This document shows, one piece after another, positions 54,762-64,000 of a stretch of 64,000 nt of DNA. Position 1 is the stretch's first letter. Each line of letters starts with the position of its first letter. A program made the position numbers and the translations under genes. Source of the stretch: a virus. The DNA lies in the IMG/VR virus record IMGVR_UViG_3300030012_001572, positions 1-64,000 of that record; one strand, given 5' to 3'. The notes under the pieces are model-generated. The model was not told the origin of the DNA. It searched no databases and saw only the letters and a list, made by a program, of their open reading frames with translations.

Positions 54762-55925
54762 ATGTATGATGTATTATTAGGAAAACAAAGAGGACTTGTT
54801 TTTCCTATAATGTGTAATGGCGGAGTAGTTATTGATTATCACGATAATGTTCCCTCTTTTAATAGTGCGGTTGATGATGTTAGCGAAAATATAACTGAAG
54901 CACATATTGGTTATGGTTTGTGGGCTAATCAAGGGTCTTTTACTTTAGAAGCAATTATTACTCCATATGACATAAATGGATATGGAAAAATATCAAGTGC
55001 TACTCAGCCTACTATTGCTAACAGTAAAAAAATAATGCCTTCTAATGACCATCAATCAACAACTACTGATTATCAAAGTGAAAGATATTTACCAGTAGCA
55101 AATAGAAATGATTATGAAATGACTTTGTTTAGCAACTATGACTCAACTAATAATCCTACTTTTTGGTTTGGCTTAGTTAATACTACTTTACATAATGAAA
55201 ATCAACCAGCAGAATATAAATTAAGAGCAGTAATGAAAATAAATAATGTAACTGAAACTTTTGATTCTCCTGTTTGCATTAGTCCTACATATTTAAGACG
55301 ATTTAAATATAACAACGATAATTTACAAACTTTTGATGAAGATGGAATGGGAGGGTATCGCTCTATTGGCTCTATTGCGAGCCATACGGCTACGGATTTT
55401 ACGGCTGACGCTGATGGATTCACGACTACAAATCTGTTCAATGGAGGCCGTTTAGAGGTCTTCTATCGTAGCGGATTTTCGTTTGAATCGCTCGGCTTTA
55501 TCACGGCTAATTCATCAACCACCATCACCATAAACGCCAGTTTTTCAGGAACTTTAGCAAGCGGAAGTGAGTTATTTATTCGCAGTTATGCAGAACCCGA
55601 ATACATAAACGACCAATTTCATGTCGCTTGTGTATTTAATTCCACAACAAACTCAATTACTTTCTTTATTAACGGTAATCAAATTTTTACAAATAAACAT
55701 ACACAAACAACTGCTTTTTCTTTTTCTCCTAATGATTGCATGATAGGTCAAGCCTTATCCCATAAAGGATTTAATACTGCTGATATAAACAAACAATATA
55801 TGGGAGAAATACATGAAATGAGTATGATGGATATTGCAAGAAAAAACTTTGTAGCAACATTTAATTTATTACCAAATTATGAAAATGTTTTGTTTTATTA
55901 TAGATTTGAGGAGGTAGATTTATAA
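54762..55925 (+). CDS. Tail protein with LamG/concanavalin-like domain
   Basis: FTLEAIITP, FHVACVFN, FFING, YMGEIHEM. Confidence 0.75.
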   Translation: MYDVLLGKQRGLVFPIMCNGGVVIDYHDNVPSFNSAVDDVSENITEAHIGYGLWANQGSFTLEAIITPYDINGYGKISSATQPTIANSKKIMPSNDHQSTTTDYQSERYLPVANRNDYEMTLFSNYDSTNNPTFWFGLVNTTLHNENQPAEYKLRAVMKINNVTETFDSPVCISPTYLRRFKYNNDNLQTFDEDGMGGYRSIGSIASHTATDFTADADGFTTTNLFNGGRLEVFYRSGFSFESLGFITANSSTTITINASFSGTLASGSELFIRSYAEPEYINDQFHVACVFNSTTNSITFFINGNQIFTNKHTQTTAFSFSPNDCMIGQALSHKGFNTADINKQYMGEIHEMSMMDIARKNFVATFNLLPNYENVLFYYRFEEVDL

Positions 55926-58900
55926 TGGCAATAAGAGTTCTAAATAAAGGAGAACTAACTCCTTCTTCGGCATCTAATCAAAATACCTCAAATAATCCTA
56001 TGGTTCATTGTGATAATTTAGTTTCTAGCACAAACCCCTTAGCAGTTATTATTTATCCTGATGATACTACTTCCGAAACAATACAAAGAATTGTTTTAGC
56101 AGCAGATATGCTGACAGACTACTCTAATTTAGAAAAAACAGAAGGTAATACATTAAAGGTATATGATTCTTTTTCGCAAGAAGGAATTGATTTAAGTTCA
56201 TTAACTGATATAACAACTCATCATTACTTTGTTATGGTTCATTCTGATAATCATTTATTGCATCATTTTGCTAAAATTACAGAAATACATACTACTGACG
56301 CTTTTGGTGATAGTATAAAATTTGAACCGAGTTTAGGTAATGAAATAAATCATGGAGTAAAATTCAAATTATTTAAAGGGCCAGCAGTTAGTAGTGATTT
56401 CATTTCAATCGGTTTAGGAATAAAGAAGGATTTACAAAATTCACTACAAGTAGCCCGACCTTATTTTTGGTTTAATAGAGATGTGAATGAATTAGAAAGC
56501 AATACTAAACATTTTATTAGAGTTAGAGAAATAACAGTCGGGTCATCTTTGAATCTATCAACAAGCAGTTCTGATACAACATTCTTAGTTTCTCAAAACT
56601 ATGCTAATGAAATCAAAGACTATGGTAAATTTACTTTAAAAACAAAATTAGTAGATAATTTGAGAAATTTAGATATTGAAGGCTTTACTCCAATAACATT
56701 TACTGGAGATATGCATGCTGTAAATCATCCTGATGAAATAAGAAATATTACTGGCATTAGTTCTGGAACTATTAATGATTTATTATATAGAGGAATAGTC
56801 AGAAACAATGTTCCTGATGGAACTTATGTTACAGAAATTTTAAGTTCTAATTCAATTCGTATTTCTCAAAATGTTACTGCGGCAGTTTTAACAACCTCCT
56901 TTACTGTAAGTCATTCTAATGAAAGCCATGCATTAGCATCAAATGATTTAACAGATTATGAAACTTCTTTCTTTAATGCAAGAAGAGACGCTGATGATTT
57001 AATTTTACCTTCTGCTTCTAATTATACATCAAGAGGCCCGACAAGATATTTACACTATGATTTTTCAAAAGACAAAGCAAATTATAGTTATAATGTTATT
57101 GACTTAAAAATTAATGAATCTATTAAAGGGAAAACTTCTTTTTCTGAAACACAGATTGCAGACATGATGAAAATATATCCCAATAAACTAGAATTACACA
57201 GTCCTATGAGGGCAAGACAAAGATTAAGTAGAGATAAGTTGAATAAATTTGTTGATACTGGTTTAAGTGTAGGAGCAAACGGAATGCTTACAGGTAATGA
57301 TGGTTTGGGCAATCAAATAGTTTCTGTTCATATTGTAAATGTTAATAGTTATTTTACAGCAGGAGAAGAAATAAAAATAGAAGATAGATTATATATAATT
57401 TTATCTATAAATTCAGGAACAAATACTATTACCCTATTACAAGCAGATACTACTATTGATGGTTCACCTAACACTTATTCTCGACTTGAAACAGAATCAT
57501 CTTATACAGATATTGGAACACCTACAATTAATGTGGGAGATTCTGTTTTTAGAAGAGCATATAGTCCTTTTAATAAAACTCTTATTAATAGTTTTGATTT
57601 AATTAGCAATAGGCATGAAGACTTATATTTAATTACTACTTCCCAAAATGCTACATATAATTATTTTAAATGTAGTGCGATAGATGCAAGTAATAATCTA
57701 CTTACATTTACTGTTAATTTAGATAAATATTTAGAAGAAGGATTACATTTAAATAATGACTACTATTTATATTATGAAAAATTAAATGGAACAATAGAAG
57801 TATTAGACTATTATAGAACAGATGGACAAAGCATAATGAGAGTAGAGGGTAGAGACATTATGAGTAAAATATTGTCTCCTGTTGTAAATAATGATACTTT
57901 ATTTAGTGAAGACATAATTTATTCTTCTTTTGGAACAATTAATCACTTAGAACAAATAGGGTTTGTTGAAGCAAGTTTCAATAGTCAAGTTATTAATATA
58001 AAAGATACTTCAAATGTTTCTGCTTCAATCACCTTAATTGCAGGAGATAAATTATATGTTCGTAGTAAATCAAACTTCTTTAAGCCATTAGGCACAGTTT
58101 TAACAGGCAATACAGGAAATCAATTCAATTTAGAAAGAGAAAGTAATGTTGAATGTGGCGGAGACACCTTTACAAATGGCGGTGTATTTGAATTATATAA
58201 AGCAGTAAAAAATGGTAGTCAGCCCGTTAAGAATTATATATTTAATAAAGCATTATCAAGTAATATACTGGTTGATTCAGTTACCTCTTTATCGGGAAGT
58301 TCAAACAAAGGATTATATTTTACTTCAGGAGTTTCTTTAAATAATTTAGGTAATGATGATACTCCTTTAGTTAATACTTCTTCATCAACTGATTCAAGAG
58401 CAATAGGTTATCATATAAGTAAAGTTAGCGGTGATATTGACGGTGCAGACTATCAATGTGTTTTAGGAGATGGAGCATCAACTGAATCACACGAAAATAT
58501 ATTAACAATAAATACTTTGATGGATTTTTCTGTTATATCTGTAAAAGAAAACGATGGCGGAAAAATAATAGAAATTGCTCCTTATATTCCAGCAACTCTA
58601 GGAAGACTAGAATCTAACTTAGCAAACAACTATGATGCTACAAAAACTTCAATTGGATTTACTTTAGGAGATGCTTTGATAACAGATTTACAAAATTTTA
58701 TTAATGTTTCTAGTTCTGATAGTTCATATGTTGCACTTTCAGAATTATTTATCAGAAGAAATGATTCTGTATTCATTAATGATAGATTTGTTGGTTTTGC
58801 CTTAGAACAGCATTTATCAGAAAATCATTGTTTTATTGTATTAGATAGACAGGTATTTTATGAAACAGGTCAAACTGTTACAATTATTCATAATAGATTT

Positions 58901-61900
58901 GGTCTTAGTAAAGGAACATTAGGTGATGGCCCAAGTTCTGATAATAAAAATACTCATGAATTAGAATTGATAAATGTAGGACACTTACACGGAGGTAAAA
59001 TTATTTCTAATGTGTTTGATTATGAATCAGTTAATGGATTAAGAACCTTTGATTTTGGTTTAAAATATAATGATGGTAGCGAAATAACTTCTTTTGAAAA
59101 GTTTGGTAATCCCAGTTATGCGATATATAGTCTTGAAAAAGGAGATAATACTAATTATGCTGCCAGTTATAAAGTTAATTTTCATAGAGATACTTATGCT
59201 AAAGTTAAAAGTAGATTGGTAGATTCATCTAATATTTATAACCATTTACCAATTGAAGGCAGGGGATTTTACACCCCTACTTATTCTAATTTTGATGATA
59301 AACAAATAGGAGTATCAAGCACCCTTCAAACATACGGTTATCCTTCTACTTTCCCATTTATTATTGCTAGTGGAAATGTCTTTTCAACAGCCGCAAACGC
59401 ACAATTAGTCGCAGGTAAATTCAATACAAATACTTCTCAAAATATACAGATTAGGAAAAAATCGGTTGATAGAATGTTTTTATTTGTTAATTCAGATGAG
59501 AACCCTTACCATGAAAATAGATTAGACAGTTTGTGTAATCCTTTAAGAACCAGAAATATTTCTGATTATGGAATAGTTGGTTTATTGCCTCTCAAGAATA
59601 CAAATACTCAAGATGACAATAATCAAGATATAAACACCCAAAGACACACTAATGTAGATGAAGAATATTCTTTTTCTAATATTGTTTCTTCTGATAAAAG
59701 CATAAATTCTTTAATGAATGTAGGTATTATGAGATTAACAGAAGTCGTAGTTGATTGGTCTTTTAATCAAATAGACCCCGAAGATATTCAAGATGAAATG
59801 ATTACTGATGCGGCAGTAAAAGAAATTTTTACACCAACAACATTAGAAGAAGATGGTGTTGCTATTTATACTCAAGCAGGAAGTTATAATGTAGGTGGCG
59901 ACCCAAACAGCATACAATTTTATAATGCTCCTACTGGCGGAAGTATTGTCAATTTCGCTTCAACCCTTGTAGAAGCGGGAGATGCTATAATTGCTGATGG
60001 AACAGGATTTTTGATTGGTTTTTGTTTAAACAATAACCCCAATACATTAATGTCGGATGCTTTGTTTGCTAATTCAAATAAAAGTGCATATTACATAGGT
60101 GAAGTTAAAAAAATTAAAAAGGCTAATATTGCAGGAAGCGATTTAAAAGGAAGACAAAAAGACACTTTTATGGGCTTTGATGATACATTAAGTATGTTAA
60201 GAACAGGATATTTCAATAGTCCTGCCCATACTTCTACACAAAAACAATTAGTTCTTGATAATCAAAATTCCCCCAATGAGATTCATGCTCATAGTTCAGG
60301 TAGCACACCTTCTGAATCATCAAGTTGGTTTGCTTTACAATTTAATGATAGTAGCGGAAATAAAGTCGGTTTCTTTTTCTGGTTTAATGTAGAAAATTCT
60401 GACGGTAATCAAATAGATACTATTCCAGCCGTCTATGCTAGTGATTATTCGCCTCATTCTGATGGGATAACATATACTTCTGTTGAAATACAATTAGCAA
60501 ACGGATATAGTGATACTGATTTCCATGCGGCTTTAGCAACGGCTTTTGATTCTGTTAATTTAAGAACAAATCATGTTTTTGGTGGGAATGAAGCAAATGA
60601 TTCTAATGCTGCTACTTATGGTGGAGCAACAGTTACTCAATTAAGAACAAAAAGAGCCGCACCAAATAATTTTTATGAAACTACTGCCTTACTTAATCAT
60701 CACCCCGTTTCTACTGTTACTACGGTAAATGTAGATATTACCGCAGATGACACAGGATGGGGTGGTAATCCAAGTGCATATTACAATAAATGGAGTGAAA
60801 TTCTAGGAGGGCAAATAAATAATTATGTTTCAATACCAAGAAAAGGAGGAACTTATTTGCCAGTTTCTATTGCAACCCAATATACTTCTACTCCTACATT
60901 TTATTCAGATATATTAACTAATATTGCAGGTTCTCCTTTATCTACTTCTTTTGCTGATATTTCTACAACAGATGCCAATGAGTTAAAATATACTGATTTT
61001 ATACCAGTAGCACTAAGAGGATTTGTAATAGAAGACTCAAAAGGTAAAAAGAAAATAAATGCTGGCGAATCATTCCCTAAAATTAAATCACTATTTAGAA
61101 AAAATATTAGCAGTTCTCATACTATATTTGGTTTAACTTCAGAATATTCTACTTGGTTTAATAAATATAAATACTATATGGATTTAGGGGCAACAAAAGA
61201 AGAAAATACAGATTTACCAAATGAAGGAAATGGTTTAAAAATAGGATTTAAACCTAGATTAGATGCTTCTTTAGCGACTCTAATTTCAGGAACTCAAAGA
61301 AGTAATTCAGGAAATAGAATATATAATTATTCTTTTAATACTAATAACACTAAATTATCTTGGTTAAGAGATTTAGACTTAACTGGTTGTTATTTAGTTA
61401 GAGTAAGCGGAACTAATATTGATAATAACTATTTTGTAGAAGGCTTTGGTTTCGCTTATGTTATTTCACATGAAATAGACCCAAGCGATTCTAATAAAGT
61501 AATCTTAACTACTTCAACAAATTTAGGCCCGAATACATATAGAATATTACAACCTAATCATACTTGTTTTTATGACTTTACTCCGACTCAAATAAATATA
61601 GGCCAACTTTCAAGTTCCTATACAAAAAAGCCTAAAATAAATGAATGCTATGAGGATTCTTTGAAAAGCCATGCACTTGATGATGTAAGCATGGATAATG
61701 ATAGTATTAACGACCAAGAAGCAATAGGCTCAATATATGTTTTAATTGACTTAACAGGTGATGTTTCGTCTGGTGATAAAATAATAAATACTAGCATGAG
61801 AAGAGAATTTTTCGATAATTTACCCACTACAATTTGTTTAAGTGACGGAGAAGAAACTTTCAAAACAGGAATGCAATCTAACAGTTTTAGTCTTACATTT

Positions 61901-62926
61901 GATAGTCTGAAAGAATTAAAAGGAATAGTTAGCCTTAGTGAAATAATTACTTTAAATGTAGGAAAAAACTTTAACAAAGATAGTAAACGATGTTTGATAG
62001 GGAATACTGTAAATATTGTTCAAGAATCTGAAGAACTGGCTAAAAGTTTATTAGAAAAAGAAAATATAAGTTTCACTTCTATAAATGAACCTAGTTATCC
62101 TTTATTTACTGCTCCTAACTTTCAAGGAAATGATTTGTTATCCGCTACTAGATTTTTATTAGGTAAAAAAGATAGAGATATTGAAGTTATTGATGGTAAT
62201 TTTGTAATTGATGATGAAGAAGCAACTAATAAATATGCAAATGTATTATTATCAGAAAACAGTAAATATCAAATATATGAATTTGAAAAACAAAAAACGA
62301 CCTTTTCTTTCTATAATGAAGTCATTGTTTATGGTAGTTCGCATAAATCAATTAAAAAAGATTTACGAAGCGTTAAAAAGATAGGAAGAAAAACATTGGA
62401 AGTGTTTGATAATAAATTGATTACTCAAGAAGATGTAGATAAAGAAGCAAGAGAACTATTGAAACTGCACTCTCAATTAAATGAGTCGTATAAAGTCACG
62501 GTATCAACAACGGGATTAGAACAAATAAAAAGCGGAGACATAATACAATTTGAACTTAAAAGAGAAAATGTAGATAGAGATGAATATATTATATTATCCG
62601 TAGAACATAGACTCTCTAATCTTATGGAATTAGAATTAGGAAAATATGCTAAATCATTGGATGATAGATTAGTAGAAATTTTACAGGAAACTAAAGATAC
62701 TAAATCTCACTTAAGAAGTAAACAATTCGCTGAAAAAACAGAAACCATTGAAACCTTAGATACTATTAAAATTAAGGAAATAAGAACATTAATAAGAAAA
62801 AGAAGCACTACTGGAAATCCTCTCACGCTTGGCTTTGGAACAAATCTAAATACAAGTAGCGTTGAACTAGGATTTGAGGGTGGACAAACTATCACGATTA
62901 CAAATTTAAGGGAGGAAAACATATGA
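55925..62926 (+). CDS. Very large tail-tip/hub protein (2333 aa)
   Basis: S/T/N-rich beta protein; VEGRD hub motif; C-terminal YNEVIVYG...IKSGDIIQF...VEH typical of tail hubs. Confidence 0.8.
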   Translation: MAIRVLNKGELTPSSASNQNTSNNPMVHCDNLVSSTNPLAVIIYPDDTTSETIQRIVLAADMLTDYSNLEKTEGNTLKVYDSFSQEGIDLSSLTDITTHHYFVMVHSDNHLLHHFAKITEIHTTDAFGDSIKFEPSLGNEINHGVKFKLFKGPAVSSDFISIGLGIKKDLQNSLQVARPYFWFNRDVNELESNTKHFIRVREITVGSSLNLSTSSSDTTFLVSQNYANEIKDYGKFTLKTKLVDNLRNLDIEGFTPITFTGDMHAVNHPDEIRNITGISSGTINDLLYRGIVRNNVPDGTYVTEILSSNSIRISQNVTAAVLTTSFTVSHSNESHALASNDLTDYETSFFNARRDADDLILPSASNYTSRGPTRYLHYDFSKDKANYSYNVIDLKINESIKGKTSFSETQIADMMKIYPNKLELHSPMRARQRLSRDKLNKFVDTGLSVGANGMLTGNDGLGNQIVSVHIVNVNSYFTAGEEIKIEDRLYIILSINSGTNTITLLQADTTIDGSPNTYSRLETESSYTDIGTPTINVGDSVFRRAYSPFNKTLINSFDLISNRHEDLYLITTSQNATYNYFKCSAIDASNNLLTFTVNLDKYLEEGLHLNNDYYLYYEKLNGTIEVLDYYRTDGQSIMRVEGRDIMSKILSPVVNNDTLFSEDIIYSSFGTINHLEQIGFVEASFNSQVINIKDTSNVSASITLIAGDKLYVRSKSNFFKPLGTVLTGNTGNQFNLERESNVECGGDTFTNGGVFELYKAVKNGSQPVKNYIFNKALSSNILVDSVTSLSGSSNKGLYFTSGVSLNNLGNDDTPLVNTSSSTDSRAIGYHISKVSGDIDGADYQCVLGDGASTESHENILTINTLMDFSVISVKENDGGKIIEIAPYIPATLGRLESNLANNYDATKTSIGFTLGDALITDLQNFINVSSSDSSYVALSELFIRRNDSVFINDRFVGFALEQHLSENHCFIVLDRQVFYETGQTVTIIHNRFGLSKGTLGDGPSSDNKNTHELELINVGHLHGGKIISNVFDYESVNGLRTFDFGLKYNDGSEITSFEKFGNPSYAIYSLEKGDNTNYAASYKVNFHRDTYAKVKSRLVDSSNIYNHLPIEGRGFYTPTYSNFDDKQIGVSSTLQTYGYPSTFPFIIASGNVFSTAANAQLVAGKFNTNTSQNIQIRKKSVDRMFLFVNSDENPYHENRLDSLCNPLRTRNISDYGIVGLLPLKNTNTQDDNNQDINTQRHTNVDEEYSFSNIVSSDKSINSLMNVGIMRLTEVVVDWSFNQIDPEDIQDEMITDAAVKEIFTPTTLEEDGVAIYTQAGSYNVGGDPNSIQFYNAPTGGSIVNFASTLVEAGDAIIADGTGFLIGFCLNNNPNTLMSDALFANSNKSAYYIGEVKKIKKANIAGSDLKGRQKDTFMGFDDTLSMLRTGYFNSPAHTSTQKQLVLDNQNSPNEIHAHSSGSTPSESSSWFALQFNDSSGNKVGFFFWFNVENSDGNQIDTIPAVYASDYSPHSDGITYTSVEIQLANGYSDTDFHAALATAFDSVNLRTNHVFGGNEANDSNAATYGGATVTQLRTKRAAPNNFYETTALLNHHPVSTVTTVNVDITADDTGWGGNPSAYYNKWSEILGGQINNYVSIPRKGGTYLPVSIATQYTSTPTFYSDILTNIAGSPLSTSFADISTTDANELKYTDFIPVALRGFVIEDSKGKKKINAGESFPKIKSLFRKNISSSHTIFGLTSEYSTWFNKYKYYMDLGATKEENTDLPNEGNGLKIGFKPRLDASLATLISGTQRSNSGNRIYNYSFNTNNTKLSWLRDLDLTGCYLVRVSGTNIDNNYFVEGFGFAYVISHEIDPSDSNKVILTTSTNLGPNTYRILQPNHTCFYDFTPTQINIGQLSSSYTKKPKINECYEDSLKSHALDDVSMDNDSINDQEAIGSIYVLIDLTGDVSSGDKIINTSMRREFFDNLPTTICLSDGEETFKTGMQSNSFSLTFDSLKELKGIVSLSEIITLNVGKNFNKDSKRCLIGNTVNIVQESEELAKSLLEKENISFTSINEPSYPLFTAPNFQGNDLLSATRFLLGKKDRDIEVIDGNFVIDDEEATNKYANVLLSENSKYQIYEFEKQKTTFSFYNEVIVYGSSHKSIKKDLRSVKKIGRKTLEVFDNKLITQEDVDKEARELLKLHSQLNESYKVTVSTTGLEQIKSGDIIQFELKRENVDRDEYIILSVEHRLSNLMELELGKYAKSLDDRLVEILQETKDTKSHLRSKQFAEKTETIETLDTIKIKEIRTLIRKRSTTGNPLTLGFGTNLNTSSVELGFEGGQTITITNLREENI

Positions 62927-63261
62927 TAACTAACGAATTAAAAAGTTATTTGGCAGGACAATTAAAAGCAAGAATAGATACAGCACAGATAGGATTTGGA
63001 GGAAATAGCACAAGTCCTTCACAAAATACATTAGATGTTCCTAGTGGTTTTTCTACAACAATAGTTAAATCAGATTCAGATGAAAATGTTATTGAAGTAA
63101 AAGTCTCTATTGCTGGTTCTCTACTTACTGGTTCAGTTACTAGAGAAATGGGATTGTTTGATTCTTCAAATAATTTACTTAGTAGAATTAATTTTGAAGG
63201 AGTCGGCCCTTTTGCAAGTAATGAAACATTAGAGATATTTTTATTAATTGAGGTAGATTAA
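62923..63261 (+). CDS. Tail-collar/fibre-associated small protein
   Basis: MITN..K..LA, IGFG and REMGLFD...LLSR motifs. Confidence 0.65.
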   Translation: MITNELKSYLAGQLKARIDTAQIGFGGNSTSPSQNTLDVPSGFSTTIVKSDSDENVIEVKVSIAGSLLTGSVTREMGLFDSSNNLLSRINFEGVGPFASNETLEIFLLIEVD

Positions 63262-63262
63262 G

Positions 63263-64000
63263 ATGACTGTAACAAACCCTAAATTTTTTGGACAAAGCAC
63301 GACTGGAACTCCTAATCAAATAGAAGATTCCGTAGATTTCCCGCATACTGGTTTATTAAAAGCATTAAGCACCGCTTCTTCAGGAAGATATGCTTTATCA
63401 GGATTTAATATTACACCCGCAGGAACAACTGGAATTACTGTTGCTGCTGGAGAAATTCTATATAACGGTAAAGTTACAACAGTTAATGGTGCTTCTCTTA
63501 CTTTAAGTGCTAGTCACACAAATGGCTATCATTTACTTGTAGCACCAAGACCTACTAATGAAGACGGAAACGGAGCAACTCCATTAACTTCAACCGTTGT
63601 TTTAAGAAATCCTACTGCTGCAAATAAAGTGGCAGAATATACTTTAGGAGATACAATTATTGCAGTTATTACTCATACTGGTTCAGACCCTCATATTCAG
63701 TATTTAACTTATGATAAAACTTCTCAAGCATTCAGTATTGCACATGATAATTCAATAGATGGAACAGGAACAACATATACCGAAATGGGAACTATTGAGG
63801 CTACTGCTACTGGGATAGTGATTCAACAAGATTCTGCAACTAACTTAGGAAACATACAAATTAAAAATAATGACCAAGATAGAGATATTATTTTCACTAT
63901 GGACGATGGAGGCGTTGAAAAATCAATTACATTAAATGCTGATATTGCTACTGCTCAATTTGCTGACTTTAGTATTACTACAAATGGTTCAGTCACGGCT
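63263..64000 (+). CDS. Tail fibre-like protein (partial, runs off the window)
   Basis: GAGGT RBS, ATG 63263, MTVTNPKFFGQSTTG...; T/G/S-rich, appears open to the end. Confidence 0.7.
   Translation, partial: MTVTNPKFFGQSTTGTPNQIEDSVDFPHTGLLKALSTASSGRYALSGFNITPAGTTGITVAAGEILYNGKVTTVNGASLTLSASHTNGYHLLVAPRPTNEDGNGATPLTSTVVLRNPTAANKVAEYTLGDTIIAVITHTGSDPHIQYLTYDKTSQAFSIAHDNSIDGTGTTYTEMGTIEATATGIVIQQDSATNLGNIQIKNNDQDRDIIFTMDDGGVEKSITLNADIATAQFADFSITTNGSVTA

Noticed and set aside
1490-62922. Other short opposite-strand or out-of-frame ORFs in the track (e.g. 1490, 5720, 8144, 8319, 19593, 22559, 28298, 47545, 61648)
   Set aside because: Nested within better-supported genes and lacking RBS or motifs
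1-64000. Alternative genetic code or stop-codon reassignment
   Set aside because: Long ORFs tile the window under the standard code with all three stop codons used; the tRNAs are ordinary Arg and Leu

Overview
A 64 kb segment of a tailed dsDNA virus (Caudoviricetes, siphovirus-like tail) of archaeal type: GGTGA/GGAGGT ribosome-binding sites, TATA-like promoters and apparently leaderless genes. The capsid protein and gene set best fit the 'magroviruses' of marine Group II Euryarchaeota (Poseidoniales); this is recognition from memory, not a search result. Layout: (i) 1-7.3 kb, leftward arm with small ORFs, a DenV-like glycosylase, a UvrD/Rep helicase, tRNA-Arg(TCT) and tRNA-Leu(TAA). (ii) 7.3-8.0 kb, AT-rich divergent gap with iteron-like repeats. 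(iii) 8.0-12.2 kb, an array of seven single-gene cassettes separated by a repeated, covarying structured element (CAAAG-N3-5-ACCATATGGT...C-TTT-G...ACC); one cassette holds a ~360 nt highly structured non-coding RNA instead of a gene. (iv) 12.7-39.5 kb, packaging/head region (TerS candidate, TerL, portal, DNA ligase, prohead protease-scaffold) interleaved with about 19 unrelated genes that all begin with W-x-x-[IVL]-[ILV]-K, a motif echoed at the scaffold C-terminus and suggestive of a capsid cargo-loading system. (v) 39.5-64 kb, major capsid protein, an Arf/Ras-like small GTPase with membrane proteins, neck, tail tube, frameshifted tail chaperones, tape measure and tail-tip genes. All calls are by eye; no database search or folding program was run.
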